IMG/VR virus record: IMGVR_UViG_3300030376_008664 | Strand: one strand, 5' to 3' | Length of the DNA stretch: 64,000 nt | From: an uncultured virus (IMG/VR IMGVR_UViG_3300030376_008664) | Lineage: Duplodnaviria > Heunggongvirae > Uroviricota > Caudoviricetes | Part shown: positions 8,379 through 18,341 of the stretch, one piece after another | Layout of the letters: each line of letters begins with the position of its first letter | Position numbering within the stretch: the stretch's first letter is position 1 | The notes under the pieces: generated by a model | Seen by the model: only the letters and a program-made list of their open reading frames with translations | Told to the model about the DNA's origin: nothing | Database searches by the model: none | Made by a program: the position numbers and the translations under genes

Positions 8379-10270
8379 TATTTTAGTGAGAATTCATGTT
8401 TATCTAACCCGTTGTGGATATAAGATATATTTTTTTGGGTAGTAGAGTGTGGATAAAACACCATATCAAAATAACCTCCATGATCAGAAACACCCTCCAT
8501 GATCAATGAGTTTTCTACCACGGGATTGTAAGGAAGTAATTTATAAATAGCTGGGTTGTCATCAATATAAGAGTAGCATTCGGGTTTGGTGAAAATATAA
8601 ATGTTATGCTCTTTGTATTGCGACTTTAGGTTTTTCAATAAAGAGTTAACCAATAGAACATCCACCTCACTCTGGGGTATGACTACAGCTATTCTTTTAT
8701 CGTCTCCTTCTTTAGACAGCAAGTCTTCTAAAGATGGAGTTTTTAGCTTTTGAGTTTCTTGTATAGCTACTTTTTTAAAGTAATCAACTACTTCAGTCGC
8801 ACTTTTACCAGATCTTAGTTGAGTCATCCAGTGTTTAAAGCCTTGAGAATTTTCGTCAACATCATCGCATAAAATGTTTTTATAGATGTCGATTATAAAC
8901 TCTTCTTGAGAAGTATAGTTGTTTCTAGGTTGATAATTAGGATTATACTCCATCCCTTTGGAATCAAAATCATAATCTATAGGAGGCATTTCATCAATTA
9001 TCTCTTCGAGCTGTTTGCCTATGACTTCGACACTGAAATTATCTACAACCCACTGTCTAGATTTTTTCTCCATAGCCACTCTCTTCTCCTGCTCCATATC
9101 TCGAACTAACTCTAGCTTTTTAGCTATATCATCCGCAGAGGTAGACGCTTTAATAAATTGAGTCCCAGGTTCTCTATACTCACTCCACTCCAAAGGAATA
9201 CCCCCAGACCCTTCTGAACAGCTATCTTCCCCACAAGAATAATTAGTTACTAAAGTAATCATCTCTGTGAGTTTAGCTTCTTGGATCGGGATCTCTTGTC
9301 CACCACTTGTAAAAGGATGGCAGTATACGTCCATCAAATTGTAGATTTCGTTTAATTGAGAATCGCTTACCCCTCTACCTGTGTTAGTTGTGTTTACAGA
9401 TTTTTGTGTGCCACAAGAAGCGCATGTAAGTTCTTGCCCCCTAAAAGGAGATATATGATATACTCCGCATTTATTACAAATATAAGTAGTGAGAATATCT
9501 TCTGGATTAATACCCTTTTCTTTGATCAGTCTAGGGATATCCCAACCTTCAGACCAGTGTGTGTGTAGTAGCAATTTTGCTTTTGGCTCTTTTTCTTTAA
9601 ATAGTTTAAATCCTTCGAGCATATTAGGGACACTCTTTCTTAATTGGTTCCTGAATACAAACCCAACAATAAACTCATCAGATAAATTGTTAGACTTTCT
9701 TAAAGAAGATCTCTTTTCATCGCTCAATCTAAAAAATTTACTAGTGTCTAAAGATCCTCTTAAAGTTTTTACATGGTTATACCCCATCTCTTTCATCGCT
9801 GTCTCTGCGAAAGAAGCCCAAACATAATAATTTTTGATTTTAGGAGCATATTCAATAGCTTGGGGCAAAATCGGAAGACTATCCAGTGTAGTCCAAATCA
9901 TTGTATTGATTTTATTCCACCAAGGCTTCGTATGAAACGAATTGAAAGCCCAAATGTCTTCCATGCCTATATAAACATCTGGTTTGAACTCTTTAATAGC
10001 TTTATCTACTAATTTGCGCCCATAACCTTCAGCCCTTTGATCTTCAGCGCTTAACCCCTGTAATTCGTTAGGTGGTAAGCCAGACCCTCGGCAATCCCAA
10101 GGCAAAAGCTTTGTAGGAGGATCATCCCATTGAACTCCGTTGGCTAGCTCTACAATATTATACTTCCCTGTATTATATAGGTAGCGAAGAATATTTTTTT
10201 TATTTTTACCAAAACCTGTATAAGCTCGACAAAAATTAGAATGTATTAAAACAGTCTTTTTTTTACTCAT
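8378..10270 (-). CDS. Multidomain GT4-like glycosyltransferase with Zn-ribbon insert and C-terminal GT9 N-domain
   Basis: TGFG, RNQLRK, YNLMDVYCHPFTSGGQEIPIQEA; CNKC...CASC insert; C-terminal VDVLLVNSLLKNLK..Y...IDDNP. Confidence 0.75.
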   Translation of the reverse strand: MSKKKTVLIHSNFCRAYTGFGKNKKNILRYLYNTGKYNIVELANGVQWDDPPTKLLPWDCRGSGLPPNELQGLSAEDQRAEGYGRKLVDKAIKEFKPDVYIGMEDIWAFNSFHTKPWWNKINTMIWTTLDSLPILPQAIEYAPKIKNYYVWASFAETAMKEMGYNHVKTLRGSLDTSKFFRLSDEKRSSLRKSNNLSDEFIVGFVFRNQLRKSVPNMLEGFKLFKEKEPKAKLLLHTHWSEGWDIPRLIKEKGINPEDILTTYICNKCGVYHISPFRGQELTCASCGTQKSVNTTNTGRGVSDSQLNEIYNLMDVYCHPFTSGGQEIPIQEAKLTEMITLVTNYSCGEDSCSEGSGGIPLEWSEYREPGTQFIKASTSADDIAKKLELVRDMEQEKRVAMEKKSRQWVVDNFSVEVIGKQLEEIIDEMPPIDYDFDSKGMEYNPNYQPRNNYTSQEEFIIDIYKNILCDDVDENSQGFKHWMTQLRSGKSATEVVDYFKKVAIQETQKLKTPSLEDLLSKEGDDKRIAVVIPQSEVDVLLVNSLLKNLKSQYKEHNIYIFTKPECYSYIDDNPAIYKLLPYNPVVENSLIMEGVSDHGGYFDMVFYPHSTTQKNISYIHNGLDKHEFSLK

Positions 10271-10749
10271 TTATCACGCAAATTATTATTTTTGGTCAAG
10301 CGATGTATATAAAGCTCTTGAAGATAGAATTTACAGAACTCTAAAAGGTTATAAGCTTCTGACATCTCGACTCCAATACCAAATTTGTTAGCTGAATTTC
10401 TTGTCACCCCGAATGAGAAAGCAGGAGTTCCGTCCCTCTTTTGATAAGGTTTGAACGAGATAGAAGTTTTATTATCTTCGTAAGAGTGAAAGGCTGAAAA
10501 TTCAGTATACTTTTCTATAGCATGAATAAATCCACCAATTTCGTTTTCATTCAATTTGATAGAAATAGACTTATCTGGATCTTTAGCGTTTTCAGAAAAT
10601 GAACCTGTCCGTGTCTTATCGTTCCAAGAATACTGTTTTACAGCACGGATATAAACACATGGTTCTTGATTCTTATTATTAGCTCCAATATCGAAACTAA
10701 AAGCACAACCTTTATTACTAGAATTAGGTTTATAATACTGAACAATCAT
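10267..10749 (-). CDS. Hypothetical protein, possible Whirly/PC4-like ssDNA-binding fold
   Basis: Twice-repeated beta-strands+helix pattern (ISIKLNENEIG; IGVEMSEAY). Confidence 0.45.
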   Translation of the reverse strand: MIVQYYKPNSSNKGCAFSFDIGANNKNQEPCVYIRAVKQYSWNDKTRTGSFSENAKDPDKSISIKLNENEIGGFIHAIEKYTEFSAFHSYEDNKTSISFKPYQKRDGTPAFSFGVTRNSANKFGIGVEMSEAYNLLEFCKFYLQELYIHRLTKNNNLRDK

Positions 10750-10788
10750 GTAGAATATTAAGCAACTAGGGCTTTTTTTCTACATAAA

Positions 10789-11310
10789 TTAATTTTTAGC
10801 TTTTTTAATTTGATCGGGGGTTGGAGCGCCTTTATCTCCCTTTTTACGCATCTTTTCGCCAGAACCTCTTTTGATTCTTTCCTTCTTTTTCCTGATATTT
10901 TCCCAAAGACTACTATCAGATTCTTTTTCTTTTAGAATCTCATTATGTCGTTTCATAAACGACTCATGATCAGGGCCAGCCATATACATAGTTTTACCAT
11001 CATCATTTTTGTGGGTGTGAAAGCCTTTTAAACCTAGTTTTTTAGCATCTTCTAAAGCTTTTTCTTTTGTATCAAAATAATGGTCCATTTCTTTCGGACT
11101 AGACTTGGAAAAGTAATAAAATACATCGCTTTCGTCCCAAGGGTTTTGCACAACAACAGAAGCTTTACTTTCAGCTTTGTCGAATTGAGAGGCACACACA
11201 GCAGCTCTTTGTTTAATGTCTTTAAATTCGTCTTTAGCTGTGAGGTCAACCATACAGCGACTCATAAACTTAGACTTCTTTTCTCCGTCTCTAGGTGATG
11301 GTAGTGGCAT
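10789..11310 (-). CDS. Modular basic hypothetical protein (possible head-associated)
   Basis: MPLPSP...FMSRCM...QRAAVC N-module and LWENIRKKK...MRKKGDKGAP C-module; GTGTAA 10 nt upstream. Confidence 0.7.
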   Translation of the reverse strand: MPLPSPRDGEKKSKFMSRCMVDLTAKDEFKDIKQRAAVCASQFDKAESKASVVVQNPWDESDVFYYFSKSSPKEMDHYFDTKEKALEDAKKLGLKGFHTHKNDDGKTMYMAGPDHESFMKRHNEILKEKESDSSLWENIRKKKERIKRGSGEKMRKKGDKGAPTPDQIKKAKN

Positions 11311-11312
11311 AC

Positions 11313-12377
11313 TTAAGCTTTTACACCAAAAATAGGCTCACAGATCGTTTTCATGATAAAATCTCTATTTTTATTGAAAATTTCTACTTTACAAAACCTC
11401 TCGTAACAATGGGAAAAAACATCTGCTATATTCAAAATATTATCGTAACGATATGAATCGTAAATATAAATTTCTTTTATGTAATTAGAGATTAAATCTC
11501 CCATTTTTTTTCTAAGTTGAATTTCATATAGAGCTTTAAAATAACCTCTTTCTTCAGGTAATTCTCCCACTGCACAAAATTTAGATAAGATTCGATATTG
11601 ATCTTCTTCAGGTAATCCTATTTCTAAAAACAAATCAACTAAATCTATAAATGGATGCCCCATATAAACAGACTCAAAACCATCAAAATAAAACATTTTT
11701 TTATCAAAAAATATGTTATCTAAAGAAAGATTACCGTGACATTTGAATTTATAAGGGAGATGTGTTTTTTTAGTTAATTCATAAGTCTCTTCTTTTAATT
11801 GATTCATAAAGTCTCGGCATAAAGGGTAATCTGTATAACTTTCGAAAGCTTTAAGAGAGTCTTTTGGTAAATAGTTTTGAGGATCTAAATTATCAAAGAA
11901 CTTATCTAATGAAGTTTTATATGTAGGTCGAACAGATTTAGTGCATTGAAAATCAAAGTAATTGCTAAAAAATAAATCCATATTTTCCATGAGGCATGAT
12001 CTTCCGTAATCTCTCACACTTTCATAGGGCGGCACGATTGTAAGTAAATAAGAGATATTTTCTCCTATTTTAATTTCCCCATAACTTTTAAACGTAGGAA
12101 TAGTTTTCGACTTGCTGTTTTTTATAACAGAGCCTTCTTTTTTTAAAATACCATCAGAATCATCTAAAGATATTTTTAATTTGTAATTTTTTCTATTTGT
12201 ATCTATTATAGTGAAAACATCATAATTGTCATTAATCTTACCCAAAGAAATGTTACTTACATTTAATTTAGGGGCTATTTTTTCGATAACTTTACTCGCA
12301 AAAGTTAAATCTTGTTCTTGATTTTGGGTCTGTGGAAAAGCGTAGACTTTACCTTTAAAGAGAGAAGAAAGCTTCAT
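11313..12377 (-). CDS. APH/choline kinase-like phosphotransferase (catalytic Asp replaced)
   Basis: YKLKIS, E, CHGNLSLDNIFF (canonical HGD), YFDGFE, GHPFIDL. Confidence 0.65.
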   Translation of the reverse strand: MKLSSLFKGKVYAFPQTQNQEQDLTFASKVIEKIAPKLNVSNISLGKINDNYDVFTIIDTNRKNYKLKISLDDSDGILKKEGSVIKNSKSKTIPTFKSYGEIKIGENISYLLTIVPPYESVRDYGRSCLMENMDLFFSNYFDFQCTKSVRPTYKTSLDKFFDNLDPQNYLPKDSLKAFESYTDYPLCRDFMNQLKEETYELTKKTHLPYKFKCHGNLSLDNIFFDKKMFYFDGFESVYMGHPFIDLVDLFLEIGLPEEDQYRILSKFCAVGELPEERGYFKALYEIQLRKKMGDLISNYIKEIYIYDSYRYDNILNIADVFSHCYERFCKVEIFNKNRDFIMKTICEPIFGVKA

Positions 12378-12385
12378 CAACTATA

Positions 12386-12420
12386 ATAAAAGAAACCCCC
12401 CCTTTTTCAAGGGAGGGTTT
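12386..12420 (-). terminator. Rho-independent terminator
   Basis: Minus strand AAACCCTCCCTT-GAAA-AAGGGGGGGTTT followed by CTTTTATT. Confidence 0.75.
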
Positions 12421-12469
12421 CGATCATGAGCAAACCACCTAACATTAGGTGACCAATTATCCAGCAAGA

Positions 12470-12694
12470 CTAGAAGACCTTACCAAAATTCTTTTTTGCG
12501 ATTCGAACCCCAGAAATACTCGCTTTAGAAAAGCGACGGGTGCGATTGAAATTGCGATCATAGACCACAATTGTTTGATCTGTTTCTGATTCAAGTTGGG
12601 CGTTGAGTGATTCACCCTGCTTTGTGTAAAGACCAAAGAAACGCCCTTTGGAATCACGGATAGCTTTCATTACTCGCATGTTGACTTTCTTCAT
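12470..12694 (-). CDS. Small basic hypothetical protein
   Basis: 74 aa; ATGA coupling to the Clp ATPase stop; ends just before the terminator. Confidence 0.7.
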   Translation of the reverse strand: MKKVNMRVMKAIRDSKGRFFGLYTKQGESLNAQLESETDQTIVVYDRNFNRTRRFSKASISGVRIAKKNFGKVF

Positions 12695-15159
12695 GTAGAT
12701 ATCTTAGCGAATTCTAGCGATTTGTCAACTACTTTTATAGAAATTTTATCCAAATTTCTGTTTTTTACTATGTAATTCGAAATAGGAACTTGCACAATAG
12801 TTTTTACTGCGCTTTTTATTTGTCTAGCGTGGTTTTTTTGCATTTTAATTTCGTTTAGAATGTGTTGTTCTACGTTTTTATTTATGCAAACATCCATGTT
12901 TCTTTCAGAAAGTCTATCTTGTATAGCTGATAATTCAGCTCTGATAATCTTAAGCAACTCGGATTCTCCCAACTCGTTAAAAACTAGCACCTCATCTACC
13001 CTAGCCAATAATTCGGGTCTAAAATATTTTTTTAGAGAGTTTTTATAGATTTCATCTTCGTTTTCTTTTTGTTGAACGAAACCCATACTCTTTTCTGTTT
13101 TCTCTTTATATCCCACATTAGAAGTCATAACTACTATAGTTTTACTCAAGTCTATACGTCTATTAAGGTTGTCTGTGATATACCCTTCGTCTAGTATTTG
13201 CAGTAAGATATCTAAGACTTTTGGCTCACATTTCTCTACCTCATCAAACAAAACAACACAGTTAGGATTATTTCTCACGTATTCAGTTAGTAGACCGCCT
13301 TCTTCGTATCCTACATAGCCAGCATTAGCACCCATGAGTTTAGAAATACCTGTTTTATCTTGATACTCACTCATATTTAGCTGCAAAAATGATTTTTCGT
13401 TGCCAAAGAAATATTTAGCTATTTTCTTAGCTGTAAATGTCTTGCCAACACTTGTAGAACCAATAAACAAAAAGTTACTTAATGGCTTTTGAGGATCGTT
13501 TAATCCAGCTTTAACACATGCTAATGCGTTATGTATGACTTTTATGTTCTTCTCTTGACCGAAAACTTCAGAGTTCATCTGATTGTAGAATTTACTAAAA
13601 GAAGAAGTGTTTTTAGCTATTGTTTTAGGAGATAACCCCGTCTTTTCTTCAAAAACAGAAAGGATGTCTTTTTGTCTTATGTTTTGCTTTCTTCCTTTCT
13701 TTTCGGAATATCGAGCCATGACTTGTAGATAGTTCTTTAACATCAGAGTGAACTCTTCTTCATCTAACTTTTCATCCTCTGTAGTCCCCATCAAAAATTC
13801 GCAAAATGATGTTCTTACTTCCTCAACAGTAGAAGGGACTTCATTGTATTTTATTTTTGTTCTCGCTCCTAATTGATCAATTATGTCGAATGCTTTATCT
13901 GGAAACTTTTTATTGCTTAAAAATTTATCACACAAATCGATAATGGTATCTACGTCAGACTCTTTATACTTAACATGATGAAAATCTTCGTAATAAGGCA
14001 AAGTTTTCATCACAATGTCTTTAGTGTCTTTTTTAGAAGGTTCTTCGACAAAGATTTTATCAAACCTTCTTTTCATCGCGGTGTCTTTCTCAAAGAACTT
14101 TTTATATTCTTGAGAGGTGGTAGCTCCAATACATTTAATATCTCCCCTCGCTAAAGCTGGCTTAAGCATATTAGAAGCATCGACTGCGCCTTCGGAATTT
14201 CCCGCTCCTATTATTGTATGTATTTCGTCAAAAAACAAGATTATACCAGATTCTTTCTCTGCTTCTGCAATGAGAGATTTAAACCTTTCTTCAAACTCTC
14301 CTCTATACTTCGTGCCAGCTACCATAGCGCTTATATCAACAGAATAAATCTGCATTAAAGACATGTGAGGGGGGCTTTCTTGGCTAATTATTTTTTGCAC
14401 CAAACCCTCCACTATAGCAGTTTTACCCACACCTGCGTCCCCAACTAAAATAGCGTTACTTTTATTCTTTTTAGATAAAATCTCAACTAATTCATGTATT
14501 TCACGATCTCTACCAGAGATAAGAGAAGTTTTTTCAGTAACGAATTTTTCGTTTAAGTTTACGCAATATTTTGTTAAATTAGATAATGAATCTTCTGGAG
14601 GATCTTTTCTACTGCGAGCTTTTAATTTGAATTTATCTTCTATATCTAACCTTGTAGAGTCGGTCAGTATATTTTTAATTTGATCTGTCGAAGGAATACT
14701 GGTCTCTAGGATATAAGTCTCAATAATATCTCTCGCGTGTTTAATATCGATGTCTTGGCTTTTCAGATATTCTATGAAATGACCCTCCATATCCAAAATT
14801 GTATAAAGAATATGTTCGATACCTATAAAGTAACTATCAAAGTTATCTGAAAAATCTTTAGCAAAAAATATAATTTCATTTACATCTTCATGCCAACCCC
14901 CTTGTCCTTTAGTGGCTTGAAAATATTCTTTATTTTGAGCTGCATATTTCTTGAACAACTTAATAAATTTCTTTCCTACTATATGAAGGTCATAAGATTT
15001 TAACCTAACAGCGCAACTGTCAGATATGTTCATCATACAACCATAAACTAAATGAGCTGTTGTTACTAGAGTATGTCCATTGGCTTCTGCAAATTTTTGC
15101 GAATCCTTAAGTCCCTTTTTTGCTTTGGGTGTTAAATTGAAATCGGTTAGACCCATCAT
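12691..15159 (-). CDS. clpC: ClpA/ClpC-type AAA+ unfoldase
   Basis: Two Clp-N repeats, NBD1 GDAGVGKT / FFDEIH / AGTKYRGEFEER, NBD2 GSTSVGKT / GYVGYEEGG / LFDEVEK, MGF ClpP-docking loop. Confidence 0.9.
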   Translation of the reverse strand: MMGLTDFNLTPKAKKGLKDSQKFAEANGHTLVTTAHLVYGCMMNISDSCAVRLKSYDLHIVGKKFIKLFKKYAAQNKEYFQATKGQGGWHEDVNEIIFFAKDFSDNFDSYFIGIEHILYTILDMEGHFIEYLKSQDIDIKHARDIIETYILETSIPSTDQIKNILTDSTRLDIEDKFKLKARSRKDPPEDSLSNLTKYCVNLNEKFVTEKTSLISGRDREIHELVEILSKKNKSNAILVGDAGVGKTAIVEGLVQKIISQESPPHMSLMQIYSVDISAMVAGTKYRGEFEERFKSLIAEAEKESGIILFFDEIHTIIGAGNSEGAVDASNMLKPALARGDIKCIGATTSQEYKKFFEKDTAMKRRFDKIFVEEPSKKDTKDIVMKTLPYYEDFHHVKYKESDVDTIIDLCDKFLSNKKFPDKAFDIIDQLGARTKIKYNEVPSTVEEVRTSFCEFLMGTTEDEKLDEEEFTLMLKNYLQVMARYSEKKGRKQNIRQKDILSVFEEKTGLSPKTIAKNTSSFSKFYNQMNSEVFGQEKNIKVIHNALACVKAGLNDPQKPLSNFLFIGSTSVGKTFTAKKIAKYFFGNEKSFLQLNMSEYQDKTGISKLMGANAGYVGYEEGGLLTEYVRNNPNCVVLFDEVEKCEPKVLDILLQILDEGYITDNLNRRIDLSKTIVVMTSNVGYKEKTEKSMGFVQQKENEDEIYKNSLKKYFRPELLARVDEVLVFNELGESELLKIIRAELSAIQDRLSERNMDVCINKNVEQHILNEIKMQKNHARQIKSAVKTIVQVPISNYIVKNRNLDKISIKVVDKSLEFAKIST

Positions 15160-15170
15160 AATTCTTTACA

Positions 15171-17726
15171 CTATTTAAGTTCAGATAACTTCATGTAGAT
15201 TTTGTCTTTTAGAGGGAAGATCTTATCGATGAAAACAATATCGTCTCCTTTAGAGCCATATATTATCACAACATCTGACTTTTTGGGTAATTTTTTTCCA
15301 GAATCTAAATAATTTGTCAGTCTAGCATCTCTACTACCATCTAAAAATAAACCCTCTAGAACTCCCCCTTCGTCCTGCATAGTTAAACGGGCATATTTGT
15401 TACCGTTTCTGCTAGTTCTACGCATAATATCGGTTAAAACACCTACAAATTTTACATTTGCACGGTCACCAAGCTCTTTAACATCATCTGCGGAATTAAA
15501 ATCGTCTTCATAGCTAAACACTTCTCTTATATTATGAGAATAACTATAGCCTAACAATTTCTCTTCAAAAAACCAATTAGCGTATTTTATATGCTCTTTA
15601 TTCATCTCATAAATATCTTTATATGGCTTATATTTTTTACGAAATGTATTGAATCTTTTCTCTGAAAAAAGCTTTCTGTTATCATCTCCGACGATATCTG
15701 CCTTTTTAGCATTATGAATCGAGTTAATTATGTCATAATTATCTTGCTCCCCAAGCGCTACGAAATTTCTCTTTTCTCTATCTGTCAAAATATTAAATGT
15801 TTGAGCCTCTAAAACTAATCTAGGACGATTGCTTTTGACAAAAGAATCTAGTAAACCCGCTTGAATTAAAGCTGATAAAGTCCCTATATTCAAACCCGCT
15901 TGTTTTGCGGATAGAAATATTTCATATTTATTGGAGAAAGACTCCTCTCTAAAATCAAGCAAAGATTGTAAAACTTTAGTGGATACACCCTTGATAGAAT
16001 TTAATCCATACCTAATATTTTTTCCCTCTATCTTAAAATCGATGTCCGACTTATTCAAATCTGGTGGTAAAAGCTTAATATCGAAATGAGAAAGCTCTTG
16101 GGAAATTTTAGCTATTTCCTCATGAGAATTAGGTTCAAATTTTGCGAACTTCAATAAGCTTAAAAAGAACTCTTGTGGGTATGTAAATTTTAAATAAACA
16201 GTTATAGCAGCCAAGTGAGCGTAACTGATAGAGTGAGATTTATTAAATGAGTAATTAGCAGAATCCTCCGCGACCCTCCAAAGAACATCACCAATAGCAC
16301 TATCCAATTTGTTGGAAATAATCTTTTCCTCAATCTTAGCCTTCCAAGCTGGCATTTGATCGACTTTCTTTTTGCCTACAATTCTTCTTAGCTGTTCAGC
16401 TTCGTCTAGAGTGAAGCCAACCTTTACAGCCATCTTCATAAGCTGTTCTTGATAGAGCGGGATACCCCCAGTATAGCTCAAAATATCATCAAAGAATTCA
16501 TGAACAGACTGGAAATCTCCAGTTCTTACATAAGTAGCGTAACTATCCTTGAAATCTAAAGCCCCAGGTCTTGCTATAGCTACCACGGCAGACAATTGCT
16601 CTAGATTTTGAGGAGCTATTAGCTTGCAAACTTTAAAGTTTGTTTCTGCTTCTATCTGGAAAAGACCTTGGGGTGATCGAAGACAGGATAAAGCAGCATA
16701 AATCGTTTCATGATTAATATCTATGTCTGAAGCGTTTATGCCCACTTGTTTGCAAACATCATGGACAACAGAAAGAGTTCTTAGACCTAGAATATCAAAT
16801 TTGACACTAAGACTAGCTACGTCATTCATATCGTAACCAGAAATTAAAGAATCATCATTAGTTTTCTGAAGTGGCATGATGCCATCTAAATCATAATATG
16901 AAATAGAAATCCCAGAAGGGTGAACTCCAGTATTTTTGTTCAATCCTTGTAATTTTTTAGCTATATTAAATACTTTGGGGTGTTTATCAGCGTAAGATTT
17001 GAACGACTCACTCTCTTCATACGCTGCATCTAATTTAGCTACAATACCAAAATGTTTAGGGATTGTGTCGCTTATTTGATTTACTTCCATTTCAGAGAGT
17101 TCAGCTATAATCTTACCACACTCTTTCATGCAAAGTTTACCACTAAGAGTATTTAAAGTAAGAATTTTTGATGTCTTACCTTCATACTTATCTTCGATAT
17201 ATTTAATAACCTCTGCCCTTCTATCGTAGGAAATATCGTTATCTACGTCAGCTAATAAACTACCATCTAAAAATACTTCTCCATTGTGCTCGATCTTCTT
17301 AGCCCTGCTTTTTGAGACGAACCTCTCAAAGAATAAATCATATTCAATAGGATCGATATTAGTAACTCCTATGACATAGAGAACCAAGGAACCTGCTGCA
17401 CTGCCTCTACCTGCTCCTGTCGGGATATCGTTTTCTTTACAGAAATTGATAATATCCCAATTTAAAAGAATGTAATCCACAAAACCAAGTTCATCGAAAA
17501 TAGTTAACTCTTCTTTTAACCTATCGTAATAAACTTGAGAGTTTTCTAATTCATGGATGCCTTTTTCTTTAAGACGGGCAAAGCAAAGCTTTCTTAAGAA
17601 CTTAAAGTTTTCTCCCAGGTCTTTACAAGAAACCTCGTCATAATATTTTTTTTGTATTTTAATTTCTGGAAGTTTAACTCCAACTGGGAATGGCGTATTG
17701 TAACCTGTGAAATTTTTGGAACTCAT
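15171..17726 (-). CDS. dnaE: DNA polymerase III alpha (family C) catalytic part, lacking PHP domain
   Basis: GRGSAAGSL, FERF, DVDND catalytic Asps, HPSG, KFDILGL, YQEQ, YSFNKSH, C-terminal OB fold. Confidence 0.93.
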   Translation of the reverse strand: MSSKNFTGYNTPFPVGVKLPEIKIQKKYYDEVSCKDLGENFKFLRKLCFARLKEKGIHELENSQVYYDRLKEELTIFDELGFVDYILLNWDIINFCKENDIPTGAGRGSAAGSLVLYVIGVTNIDPIEYDLFFERFVSKSRAKKIEHNGEVFLDGSLLADVDNDISYDRRAEVIKYIEDKYEGKTSKILTLNTLSGKLCMKECGKIIAELSEMEVNQISDTIPKHFGIVAKLDAAYEESESFKSYADKHPKVFNIAKKLQGLNKNTGVHPSGISISYYDLDGIMPLQKTNDDSLISGYDMNDVASLSVKFDILGLRTLSVVHDVCKQVGINASDIDINHETIYAALSCLRSPQGLFQIEAETNFKVCKLIAPQNLEQLSAVVAIARPGALDFKDSYATYVRTGDFQSVHEFFDDILSYTGGIPLYQEQLMKMAVKVGFTLDEAEQLRRIVGKKKVDQMPAWKAKIEEKIISNKLDSAIGDVLWRVAEDSANYSFNKSHSISYAHLAAITVYLKFTYPQEFFLSLLKFAKFEPNSHEEIAKISQELSHFDIKLLPPDLNKSDIDFKIEGKNIRYGLNSIKGVSTKVLQSLLDFREESFSNKYEIFLSAKQAGLNIGTLSALIQAGLLDSFVKSNRPRLVLEAQTFNILTDREKRNFVALGEQDNYDIINSIHNAKKADIVGDDNRKLFSEKRFNTFRKKYKPYKDIYEMNKEHIKYANWFFEEKLLGYSYSHNIREVFSYEDDFNSADDVKELGDRANVKFVGVLTDIMRRTSRNGNKYARLTMQDEGGVLEGLFLDGSRDARLTNYLDSGKKLPKKSDVVIIYGSKGDDIVFIDKIFPLKDKIYMKLSELK

Positions 17727-18341
17727 TTATATGTTTTTTAAAGCTATTAAGTCTTCATGACAATTTGGATCTGCTAAAATTGTGTATCCAAATTTATTTA
17801 ACCTACGTATTGTTGTTTCTAAATTAGGACCATTAGATTTAAAAGTGTTTTCAGAGTGAGTATGCTCGAATCTAATATAACCTATATTATATTTTTCGAA
17901 ATCTATGTCATCTATTATTTTACAATCTAAACCCTCGACATCTATGTAAAGTCTATCTATATATTGGTGATAAAAATAATCTAAAAGATTACTAATTTTA
18001 GTTGCTGGAACTTTTTCTTTTTTAACTTTTTCAGCAGGGCGTTGATAAATATCTCCTTCAATTTCTTTGTGTTGCGTTACATGTTGCTCTAAAACTGAAC
18101 AATGAACATTGTTTGGTGTGTTAACTGGGTAGAACAGATCAATCTCGCTTTCGTCACTATCAATCACAGCCACATGGCGAAAATCAATACCTTCGAAATC
18201 TTTATAAAATGTTTTTGCTAATTCTAAAGCACTAGAAGAAGCATCCACTAATAAAACTTTATGAAGATGTTTTTTATTTTTATTTAGGAATTCGGTAACT
18301 TTATCATTACCTTCGTTGCATCCAATTTGTAGTATGTTCAT
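17727..18341 (-). CDS. FkbM-family SAM methyltransferase
   Basis: LQIGCNEG, LLVDA, LYIDVEGLD, IRFE. Confidence 0.8.
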   Translation of the reverse strand: MNILQIGCNEGNDKVTEFLNKNKKHLHKVLLVDASSSALELAKTFYKDFEGIDFRHVAVIDSDESEIDLFYPVNTPNNVHCSVLEQHVTQHKEIEGDIYQRPAEKVKKEKVPATKISNLLDYFYHQYIDRLYIDVEGLDCKIIDDIDFEKYNIGYIRFEHTHSENTFKSNGPNLETTIRRLNKFGYTILADPNCHEDLIALKNI

